A stretch of 64,000 nt of DNA, taken from NCBI GenBank assembly GCA_965223855.1, contig CBDCXM010000008.1:707528-771527 (forward strand), given 5' to 3'. This document shows positions 9,403 through 17,751 of this stretch, piece after piece. Made by a program: the position numbers and the translations under genes. Every line of letters begins with the position of its first letter. Position 1 is the stretch's first letter. The notes under the pieces were generated by a model. The model was given only the letters and a program-made list of their open reading frames with translations, made no database searches and was not told the origin of the DNA. The stretch comes from Candidatus Multivoradales bacterium. Lineage in GTDB: Bacteria; Acidobacteriota; Thermoanaerobaculia; Multivoradales; JAHEKO01.

Positions 9403-10431
9403 CTAGCGATGCGGATCGGTGGGGCCAGGGGAAGTTCTGTACTGAAGCGCTACGCTGACGAGAATCAAGCACAAAGCCAGGCCCGGAACCCACCAGGCGC
9501 CCCTCGAGACCAGAACAAGGACGACAATCATCAGCGCAGTCCCTCTAAGCAAGCTGCCAGGTCGTGCGCTCCGCAGGAAACTCATCAGGTCCGCCAGCCA
9601 CTTGAGAAGATCCCGACGGGCGATCAGTAGAACCACCGACATGACCGTCAACACCGCCGGCCTGCCCCAGGTGGAAGGCGGAGTCGGTAGATTGACCAGA
9701 GCGTGCGCAAAGATGACTGGGAGGAGAGTCTCTGTGCGCACGAACACATAGCCCGCGAAGAGTGAACCAAGGGCGAGGCTCGCCAACATGATGAGGCTCA
9801 GGGCCTCGAGGACAAGATACTGGCCGTGAGCAAGGGTGAAGAAGAGCGTGGAAAGGAGAACGGCCTCCGACTGGGCGAATCCGTCGGACAGACGGGTCAC
9901 GAGGTAGCCCCGAAAGTAGAGCTCTTCGACCACCGGGACGAGCAAGAAACTGCTCGCTGCCATGAAAGCGAGAAAGCCGAGCGACCAGCTGGTGGGGAAA
10001 AGGGCCCAATGGCCTGGCCCGCTTCCGAGGGCAGGATAGAAAGTGGCCAGCAACTGAACGGCGTTCGGCAGCCAGCCCATGGCGGCCCAGAGAACGAAGC
10101 CCAGAGCCAGACTCTGGCCAAAGGTTCGACCCCCGGAGCGCATGCCATAGCTCTGAATACGTCGGCGACGCAGCCAGTAGCCGAGAACGTAGAAGAGTGC
10201 GAGGGCAAGCCCGTACTTGAGCGCCTGTTCGATCGTTGCGAGTCGGGCGAGCTCCCAGAAGTCCGGGGTCCCAGATACCACCATCTCTGACTGGACGACC
10301 TTCCACTGCGGAACTCCCAAGCCTGCCTGCACGAACCTGCCGGCGAAGATGGCGACGATCAGGACGCCGACGACCTCCAGGATCGCTGCAAGCTCAGTTG
10401 TTCGGGACGAGGTCGATACCGTCAAAACCAC
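9403..10431 (-). CDS. CPBP (CAAX/Abi) family intramembrane glutamic endopeptidase
   Basis: Multi-TM protein with EELYFRG, FTLAH and HALVN, the EExxxR, FxxxH and HxxxN motifs. Confidence 0.9.
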   Translation of the reverse strand: MVLTVSTSSRTTELAAILEVVGVLIVAIFAGRFVQAGLGVPQWKVVQSEMVVSGTPDFWELARLATIEQALKYGLALALFYVLGYWLRRRRIQSYGMRSGGRTFGQSLALGFVLWAAMGWLPNAVQLLATFYPALGSGPGHWALFPTSWSLGFLAFMAASSFLLVPVVEELYFRGYLVTRLSDGFAQSEAVLLSTLFFTLAHGQYLVLEALSLIMLASLALGSLFAGYVFVRTETLLPVIFAHALVNLPTPPSTWGRPAVLTVMSVVLLIARRDLLKWLADLMSFLRSARPGSLLRGTALMIVVLVLVSRGAWWVPGLALCLILVSVALQYRTSPGPTDPHR

Positions 10432-10562
10432 AGCTCACAGGCAAATGCTGCGTACGTTTTCGGCTCCGCAGCCAAGGCGACATCCATTCTGGTTGAGGGA
10501 CCTGGACGAGGGACTCGCGACCGGCGAAGTCGTTGGCCAGCGGAGCTCAGCTGTCACCGTTC

Positions 10563-10620
10563 GGCAGCAAAACTCCGCCCCGCCCTTGCTGCCCTCAAGG
10601 GGCCGCTCGGACGGGGCGGA
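10563..10620 (-). terminator. Hairpin/terminator downstream of the small peptide gene
   Basis: Inverted repeat 10574-10585/10609-10620 (11 of 12 match) followed on the minus strand by GTTTT; overlapping alternative stem GGCAGCAA/TTGCTGCC at 10563-10570/10586-10593. Confidence 0.55.
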
Positions 10621-10676
10621 CAGGCCCATCTGTTCTTGGCAGGAAGATCGCTGATGAAGCTCTCTTCCTTGTGCTC

Positions 10677-10733
10677 TCACTCCAGGATCGGCATCAGCGA
10701 TTGACCTGCCTTGACCTTGGTCTTGACCTTCAA
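10677..10733 (-). CDS. Putative exported precursor peptide MKVKTKVKAGQSLMPILE (18 aa)
   Basis: AGGAGG (10741-10746) 7 nt before TTG start at 10733; TGA at 10677-10679; lies directly downstream of a C39-peptidase ABC exporter; Lys-rich leader ends in Ala-Gly. Confidence 0.8.
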   Translation of the reverse strand: MKVKTKVKAGQSLMPILE

Positions 10734-10908
10734 GCTGCCACCTCCTTCCTTCGTCTGCGGTTCGATTTCGGCTACCCCGGGAGAGTCGGGGCGTCAGCTT
10801 GTCCGGCAACCCTCCTGAAGGTCGCGCAGATTGCAGCCTACTTGCCTCACGCGAAAACCGATTTGCTTTCGCTTCGATCCGTAAGCTCGACGGCTGATCC
10901 GGCATCGA

Positions 10909-13011
10909 CTAGTGCGTCACGAGGACGAGCGCGCCGTCCACATTCTCCAAGGCGCTCAGAACAGTCTCGGCGGTTGCCGGATCGAGGCCCGAGAGACTCT
11001 CGTCGAGAACGAGAAGTCTCGGGCCCTGCAACAGACCCCTCGCAACAAAGACTCTCGATCTTTCGCCATGAGACAGACGCCACCCAGACTCGCCAACCAA
11101 CTGATGGATACCTGCGGGCATGCGATCCAACAAGTCCCCGAGGCCCAGACTTCTGCAGACACGCTCCGCCTGCCGCAGATCAAAGACCGATGCTGGCCAC
11201 CGCCCGCCGATCAGGAGGTTGTAGGCAAGGGATCCGGTCAGTAGGTGGTTCCTGTGGAACTGCGGCACAAGTGCCACGGTCCTGCGTCGAACCGCCGGCG
11301 GCATCGACCTGACCTCGAACCCGGAGGCTACGACGGTACCCTCCTCAGGAACGAGGTTCCCAGCGAGCGCTGAGACCAGGGTCGACTTTCCCGAGCCCGA
11401 TTCTCCGGACAGTAGGATGCGTTCGCCTTTCTCGATGACAATGGAGCAGTCTCTGAGCACTGCTCGCGATCCGAACCGATGTGAGATGCCGTGTGCTCTC
11501 AGCACCGGCCTTTCCTGACTCTCGCTCAACCTCGACAGGTGTGGCCGGGCCTCCGACCTTGCGAATCCCGAGGCGATCGACTGCCACGAGGCAGCAGCCC
11601 TGGACAGGTCTTCGACCCCGCGAACCAACTTCCACAGTGCCCGGTAGACGAACAGAATTCCACCCACCGTAGCGGCGATGACAAGGCCGTCGCGATTGGC
11701 TCCATAATCGGCGACCGACAGTAGAAGTGCCAAGGCCAGCCAGGCTCGCGGAATGACTGACTTGAGCCGCACTTCGGACCTATCGAGACGGTCAGTCTTT
11801 CGGGTCAGTCTCGCCAGCCGATGGTCCTCTTCGAGATGATGGCAAGACTCGTCTTCTTGAACTCTTCGCGTCGTCGACCCGACCACCTTCTCCACAGCGT
11901 CCTTTGCAACAAGGGCATGACTCCTCGTCCACTCCAACCTCGTCTTGAAGGCCTCTCGACCGCTCAAGACGACCGAACACACCGCCACACCAAGAAGAAA
12001 AAGGTGGAGACCTGGCGTGAGGCCGAAGGCGAGGAGCCCCGCTCCCAACGCCACCTCGAGCAGAGCGATGAGACCGATGTGGGCGCCGCCAAGGGCGTAT
12101 GTCTCGAGAGACTCCGCCTCGAACAAGGCACCTAGAGCGCGGCCGAGGCCCATCGACTCCTTCGCGTCCTCAGGCTCTGAGAGAGCAGAGTCCAGCAGAC
12201 GCTGTCTCACCACGCGCCCCACTGTCACCGTGGCAGTGGCCAGCAGCGAAACTTCGGCAGCCCGGAATGGCGTCACGCTGCCGAGGAGTAGAGCCCAGAG
12301 CACCACCCACGCCGGCGATGAACGGTCCGCAAGGACAACTCCGGCAAGAATCCACCAGGAAGAGAGCAACAGAACATGCTGGAGAAGGTGCGCCGACAGC
12401 AACTTGCTCACGGTTCCGACAAAACCAGCCGCCTTGAGTTTCTGCCAAGGCGATGCAGAGCTGACAGTGCCTACAGACCAGACCCCAGCGCTCCCCCGAG
12501 GTAACTCACTCCAGGAGGCGTAGCTCATTCGCACCCGGTCGCGGCCCTTCTTCGACAGGCCACTTCTCTCCAGGACTCCAAGCAAAGTGGCCAGTCCCTG
12601 TGCCGACCTCTCAGGCAGCAGCTCCGAGATCACCTCCGCGATGTCCATCCAGCGCCGCTCGCCGGTGGGAGTCACTGCGAGGAATCGATGTCGCCTTCGC
12701 TCAACCACCAGCAGGAAGGACAGCTCACCATCAGTCTCGCAAACGAGAAGAGCCGGGTGTTCCCCAGGTTCGGGTAGGTCTTCCGCGGAAGCTATTAGCC
12801 AGTGCTTGCCGGTCGTGAGACCGAGGTCTCGCAGTTGGCTCTCGAGCCACTCGCCCACCTCGGCCATGGAGACGGGGCCACTCTCGAGCGCCGGTCCCTC
12901 AGACTCCCAACCGGCGAGAAAGACCGCTAGCGCCTCCTTGAGTCGGCTTGCCGGCCATTTCTGGCTCAAGGGCCGTCCAGACGACCCTCTCGGATCTCCA
13001 AGTGTCGCCAC
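10909..13011 (-). CDS. ABC transporter TMD-NBD subunit with degenerate N-terminal domain
   Basis: TM helices; Walker A GESGSGKST; non-canonical signature LSHGE; Walker B LLVLDE; ends at the H-loop VTH*. Confidence 0.9.
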   Translation of the reverse strand: MATLGDPRGSSGRPLSQKWPASRLKEALAVFLAGWESEGPALESGPVSMAEVGEWLESQLRDLGLTTGKHWLIASAEDLPEPGEHPALLVCETDGELSFLLVVERRRHRFLAVTPTGERRWMDIAEVISELLPERSAQGLATLLGVLERSGLSKKGRDRVRMSYASWSELPRGSAGVWSVGTVSSASPWQKLKAAGFVGTVSKLLSAHLLQHVLLLSSWWILAGVVLADRSSPAWVVLWALLLGSVTPFRAAEVSLLATATVTVGRVVRQRLLDSALSEPEDAKESMGLGRALGALFEAESLETYALGGAHIGLIALLEVALGAGLLAFGLTPGLHLFLLGVAVCSVVLSGREAFKTRLEWTRSHALVAKDAVEKVVGSTTRRVQEDESCHHLEEDHRLARLTRKTDRLDRSEVRLKSVIPRAWLALALLLSVADYGANRDGLVIAATVGGILFVYRALWKLVRGVEDLSRAAASWQSIASGFARSEARPHLSRLSESQERPVLRAHGISHRFGSRAVLRDCSIVIEKGERILLSGESGSGKSTLVSALAGNLVPEEGTVVASGFEVRSMPPAVRRRTVALVPQFHRNHLLTGSLAYNLLIGGRWPASVFDLRQAERVCRSLGLGDLLDRMPAGIHQLVGESGWRLSHGERSRVFVARGLLQGPRLLVLDESLSGLDPATAETVLSALENVDGALVLVTH

Positions 13012-15554
13012 GCTCCGCCACGACCGAGGTTCCCTCGCGCGACGTCACGAGAAGGGGCAGCTTCCAACCTGTCGATGACGCCCGCCCGCGTGATGGCACC
13101 GTGCTCGAGAAGAACGAACCGGTCGAACAGCTTCGCCTCTTCCCTGTCGTGAGTTACGCATACGATCGTGGCTGCTCGCCATGCCTCGAGGCAAGCGCGC
13201 AGGAGTTCGTTTCGCCTTCGAAGGTCAAGACCTCGGAAGGCCTCGTCGAACAGAACGAGATCAGGCCTGGGGTGCAGGAGGCCGCGACCGAGCCGTAGCC
13301 GCTGCCCCTCTCCCCCGGAGAGCCACTCGCCTCGCTCGCCCGCTCGCCTCTCCAGTCCTCCGCCACGACCTGCAACCGAGTCCAACAAGTCGGCGGTGCA
13401 CAGTGCTCGAACGAGGCCGACACCAGCCTGAGCGAATCCGTATCGCAAGTTGCGCAGCAGGCTCTGATCCCAGATCTCCACGTCAGGCGCAACCCAAACC
13501 GTTCTGTGGTGGCTCGACTCGTCCGGAGAAGGCGGTCGGCCGTCGATCCTCACTCTTCCGCCGGTGGGTTGACTCAGTCCCAGCAGAATCCTGATCAAGC
13601 TTGACTTGCCGGCACCCGAAGGTCCCAGAAGCGCGACGTGCTCACCGGGAGCAACATCGAGGCTGACACCCCTCAGCACGTCAACCCCACCGAGAGTCAG
13701 CTCTACTGAGTCGAGTTCGATCGTGGGAGCCCCTTGCTTGGGCCTGCGCGAATCAGTCCGGCTCCTGGCGGGCTCCCTCTGCCCAAGAAGCTCGAGTATG
13801 CGATGCGCTTGAAGTTCCAACGAGGGATAGTCACCGGACAGGATCACACCGAGGATGTGTCCGTGCATGAAGATGGACAAACCCCAGTAGGCGAGGAGCA
13901 GCGCCTGGCTGGACGCACCTCGGGCTGAGAGGTGAGTAACAACGAGAGCCATGATGCATCCGAGTACGACGACGTGCATCGTGGTCTCCAACAGCGACAC
14001 TGCCGCTGTCTTCTGGCGAACCCGCTCTCCCCAGCGTCGAAGAGCTCTCTCATGCTCCCCTCGCACGGTAGCGCTCGCCCCATGTGCCTCGATCGCATGG
14101 CGACCGACAAGAGCGTCGAAGTAGATCCGCGCAAGGCTCTGTCTGGATGACTGCACCCGCCGTTCACGGTCCCGGACGCGCGGCAACGCGAGCACGGGCA
14201 AGCCGAGTCCCGCCACCACTGCGCCAGTAACCGCGGCCAGCCCCCCCGGCTCGATCATGGCCACTCCGAAGGCCGCCACCACAAGTTCGATGCTCGAGCG
14301 GAGACCAGCGTCGAAGAACATCGGCACCCCCCGAAGGCGGAAGAGGGTTGCGAATCGCTCGGAAAGGTCGGAGGGAAGGCGCGTGCTGAAGAACTCGGGC
14401 TGGAGACGTGGAAGCTGCCGGAACAAGGCCAACCTGAGGCGAACCTCGAACTCCGTGGCCCAGCTCAGCAACGCCTTCGCCTGGTGATACTCCAGGAGTC
14501 CGACGACACACAAGAAGGCGCTGAGCATCCCGGCGAAGAAGGCTCGGGCGCCCGGACTCTCGAGGGGGAGGTCGATGAGACTGCGGAAGAGCAGCGGCTC
14601 CAAGGCTGCGCAAACGGCGAGCAGGCAGGCGCCGGAAGCCGCCAGCCATGGCCAACGACACCCCTCAACTGAATGCTGAAAGAGCTCAGACCAGACCGAG
14701 GGGCGATGGTGAGAATCAGCCCGGGGATGCGTGCCGGCGGTTCGTGCGTCAAGGGGGTGACCGGTCAGCCCTCGGGGAGCGACGTGGAGCACAACGGCTC
14801 CTCTCAGTACCAGGTCATCGGGAGACGCCGCCGGCCTGACCTGGAAGAGTTCCGGGGGCACGGCCTGGGGGCAAGCTCGCTCCTTCATGAACTCCTCGAA
14901 GAGGCGCGAAGCCCTCCACCCAGGAGGCAGTACTCCGTCTGACCGAAGCCTCTCGATCAGGCGTAGGACCGCCTCGACCTCGGCGGCCTCTCGCCAATCT
15001 CTCTGCCGGACCTCGGTCCATCTCGCTTCGAAGGCTCGCCAAGGCACACCAAGCTCCTCGCACCGAGTCCTCAGCGGATCAAGAAAATCCTCGGAGCCCA
15101 CCCAGTCGAGCCAATCCCTGATCAAAACCTCTTGAGAGTGGACATAGAGTTCGTCTCTCAAGGTCCGAGCAGTCGTCCAGCGTCTTCCCCAGGCAGGATC
15201 CATGACCTGAAATCGCCCTAGGTGACATCTCCACAGAACCACGAAGTGAGTTGCCTCGTCCGGTGTCCTGGTCACTACGATGCAGGGCAGGAAGAGATCC
15301 GGCCGCGCCAAGAGGTGCTCGATGGGCACGACCCTCTGCTCTGCGCGGAAACCGAGCGAGGTCAGGAGGTCCTCGAGCATGTCGATCGAGGTACCGTCGA
15401 GCCCCACCCCTGAACGCGCTCTGAGTTCCTCGTAGTTGGCCGACAGACCGAATCCCCTGACCAACGCCTGCAAGGCGGCAGGGCCACAGTCCATCGCTGA
15501 GGCCTGGAGTACCGTCGGAACGATCAGCCTGCGCCGGTCACGAACTCTAGCCAA
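12966..15554 (-). CDS. Peptidase-containing ABC transporter (C39 peptidase-TMD-NBD)
   Basis: LQASAMDCGPAAL (Gln, Cys), HFVV (His), VMDPA (Asp) triad intact; GPSGAGKSS, LSGGE, LVLFDE, CVTH. Confidence 0.95.
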   Translation of the reverse strand: MARVRDRRRLIVPTVLQASAMDCGPAALQALVRGFGLSANYEELRARSGVGLDGTSIDMLEDLLTSLGFRAEQRVVPIEHLLARPDLFLPCIVVTRTPDEATHFVVLWRCHLGRFQVMDPAWGRRWTTARTLRDELYVHSQEVLIRDWLDWVGSEDFLDPLRTRCEELGVPWRAFEARWTEVRQRDWREAAEVEAVLRLIERLRSDGVLPPGWRASRLFEEFMKERACPQAVPPELFQVRPAASPDDLVLRGAVVLHVAPRGLTGHPLDARTAGTHPRADSHHRPSVWSELFQHSVEGCRWPWLAASGACLLAVCAALEPLLFRSLIDLPLESPGARAFFAGMLSAFLCVVGLLEYHQAKALLSWATEFEVRLRLALFRQLPRLQPEFFSTRLPSDLSERFATLFRLRGVPMFFDAGLRSSIELVVAAFGVAMIEPGGLAAVTGAVVAGLGLPVLALPRVRDRERRVQSSRQSLARIYFDALVGRHAIEAHGASATVRGEHERALRRWGERVRQKTAAVSLLETTMHVVVLGCIMALVVTHLSARGASSQALLLAYWGLSIFMHGHILGVILSGDYPSLELQAHRILELLGQREPARSRTDSRRPKQGAPTIELDSVELTLGGVDVLRGVSLDVAPGEHVALLGPSGAGKSSLIRILLGLSQPTGGRVRIDGRPPSPDESSHHRTVWVAPDVEIWDQSLLRNLRYGFAQAGVGLVRALCTADLLDSVAGRGGGLERRAGERGEWLSGGEGQRLRLGRGLLHPRPDLVLFDEAFRGLDLRRRNELLRACLEAWRAATIVCVTHDREEAKLFDRFVLLEHGAITRAGVIDRLEAAPSRDVARGNLGRGGAWRHLEIREGRLDGP

Positions 15555-16689
15555 GAGCCGCTCTAGCCTTTTCGACCTGCCGTATTGCGACCTGAAGAGG
15601 AGTCACTCGATCTACCTCGATGTCCACCAGACACGGCAGGCCCGCCTCCAACGGAGCGTCTCCATCATCCAGCAAACGAAGTACCACCTGAACGAGTCCC
15701 TCTACTTCCTCGCTACCGACACTCGCCACCTCGGCCGGCATTCTGCGGCGTCCGTTCACAGCATGCTCCAGCCGAACTACGGCCGGCTGACCAGCTCTGA
15801 CACGACCTACCGCTCCAGGCGGGGCCAACCTCGCTCGCACGACCAGCGGGCCTTCGGGAAGCAAGCTCGCCAGTCGCTCACCCTTCGAGACGAGTCCACC
15901 GACCTCGGTCTCCGTGACACTCGCCACGACACCGGAGCGAGGAGACCGCACTCTCAGGTCCCGGACCGTGCGCTCCGCCAGAGACACGGCTTCCTCAGCC
16001 GCCTGCAAGGCGGCCTCCAGGACGACCATCTCCGACTCGATCTGCTCGAGTGCGGAAGCTTCATCCAGAGCGATCCGCTCTCCAGACCGAGTTCCTCCTG
16101 TCAGGACCTCCCTCGCAGCCGCCAGGGCACTCTTCCTCGTGACGACCTCGCTGCGAAGCGCATCGACTACCGCAGCGCTCACGATCCCCTCCTCGTGGAG
16201 GCCCTGTTCCCGATCGAGCTCTGCCTCGGCACGCCTCAGAGCCTCGGCCGACGTGTCTCTCGCAGCAGCCAACTGGCGCAACAGTGCAGCCTGCTCGGCC
16301 GCGCTCACCGACAGTCTCGCGACGGCCAGGGCGCGGGCCCGGTCTCGCTGGCGCAGCTCGGCCCTTACCGACGTGAGCGTGGCACGTGCCTGAGCAAGGA
16401 TCAGGTCCTGCGACGGGCTCTCCAGAACGGCGACCAGCTCGCCCGGACCTAGCCGGTCGCCCGGAGCCACCTCGAGGCTGGAAAGAGCGCTCTCCATTCG
16501 GGCCGAGATCTGCAGAAAGCCAACCTCGGACTCGACACGCGCAACCTCCGAAGTTACATAGACAGGCACGGAAGCCACCGCAAACCAGACCAACCAGCCC
16601 AAGATCAGACTCGAGGGCACGATCACGTTGCTGGCTCGCCTGCGACACAGATCCACCAGGACCGCAAGAGTTCTCGGAAAAACCGCCAT
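15547..16689 (-). CDS. HlyD-family membrane fusion protein
   Basis: Single N-terminal TM, lipoyl half-motifs (VAPGDRL; VRSPRSGVV..GGLVSKGE), long coiled coil; overlaps the start of the C39 transporter. Confidence 0.9.
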   Translation of the reverse strand: MAVFPRTLAVLVDLCRRRASNVIVPSSLILGWLVWFAVASVPVYVTSEVARVESEVGFLQISARMESALSSLEVAPGDRLGPGELVAVLESPSQDLILAQARATLTSVRAELRQRDRARALAVARLSVSAAEQAALLRQLAAARDTSAEALRRAEAELDREQGLHEEGIVSAAVVDALRSEVVTRKSALAAAREVLTGGTRSGERIALDEASALEQIESEMVVLEAALQAAEEAVSLAERTVRDLRVRSPRSGVVASVTETEVGGLVSKGERLASLLPEGPLVVRARLAPPGAVGRVRAGQPAVVRLEHAVNGRRRMPAEVASVGSEEVEGLVQVVLRLLDDGDAPLEAGLPCLVDIEVDRVTPLQVAIRQVEKARAALG

Positions 16690-17139
16690 GAGGGTCCGAC
16701 CGCTGCTCAACTTGCTCACTGTCTCAAGGTCAGGTTCAAACCAAGGAGTTCGAAGACCCCGCCAGGTCACAAGGCCGAGAAGCGACCCTCACCGCCAGGC
16801 GCTACTTATCTGGCTCACTCGGCTTCCTGCCGCTCCACTCCGCTAGGGTCTCGAATCGTCGGCGACGCAGATCCCAATCGGCCCAGCATGCATCTCATCT
16901 GGCGCAGCATGGAACTCAACCAACGGCAGCCGCGCGTTCTCGATAGGAGGAACGCGTCTTTCGGTGAAGATCAAGCTCACACCACGGCAACGACCGAGGC
17001 CGGCCACAGCAGGCCGTACGGTGTTGGCCACAAGCAGGCTCATACTCAGAAGGTATGAACTCATACTTTTCAAGGTCTTGGCGTATCGACCTGGTGCGCC
17101 TACACTGCCCTTCCCCCGATCGACCTGCGTCGGCTCAAG

Positions 17140-17751
17140 ATGACTGCTCAAGCCTCTTCAAATCAATCCACCGTCAACACGGAGTCGGAAGGCACCGTCA
17201 CCCTCCTCCTTGGCGCCTGGTCGCGAAGAGAGCCGGGAGCGCTCGACGATCTGTTCTCACACGTGTTCTCCCGCCTGCAGCGCATAGCGACCGGGCATCT
17301 AAGAAACGAAGGTCTGGGCCAAGGAATGGAGGCTCGAGACCTCGTGAACGAGTCGTACCTCAAGGTCGTCCGCCAAGGCCCGGTCGCTTGGCGCAACCGA
17401 GCCCACTTCTACACCATCGTCTCGATGATCATGCGGAGAATTCTGGTGGACCACGCGCGGAAGCGCCACGCAGAGAAGCGGGGAGGAGGCTGGCAGCGGG
17501 TACCACTCGATCAGGCCTGCCAAGCTCTCGAGGGCGACAGGGCCAGCCTTGTCGACATCGATCGGGCTCTGAAGAAGCTCTCGGTCACGGACCCCGAACT
17601 AGCGCGCGTGGTCAATCTCAGGGTCTTTGGTGGCTTTTCTGTCGAAGAGACAGCGAAGATCCTTGGCTGCTCCCGAGCCACACTCGGGAGGAGGTGGCGT
17701 CTCGCAAAGGACAGCCTGGCAGATGCACTCGGAAGAAGACAGACCGACTGA
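17140..17751 (+). CDS. ECF sigma factor of the kinase-associated (TIGR02999/ECF43-like) type
   Basis: VTLLLGAW..., WRNRAHFY..., MRRILVDHARKRHAEKRGG, VVNLRVFGGFSVEETA; overlaps a downstream Ser/Thr kinase. Confidence 0.9.
   Translation: MTAQASSNQSTVNTESEGTVTLLLGAWSRREPGALDDLFSHVFSRLQRIATGHLRNEGLGQGMEARDLVNESYLKVVRQGPVAWRNRAHFYTIVSMIMRRILVDHARKRHAEKRGGGWQRVPLDQACQALEGDRASLVDIDRALKKLSVTDPELARVVNLRVFGGFSVEETAKILGCSRATLGRRWRLAKDSLADALGRRQTD

Noticed and set aside
10435-10905. 156-aa minus-strand ORF as the transporter substrate
   Set aside because: No RBS or recognisable features, and it runs through the hairpin region; the 18-aa ORF in another frame has an ideal RBS and a leader-like sequence.
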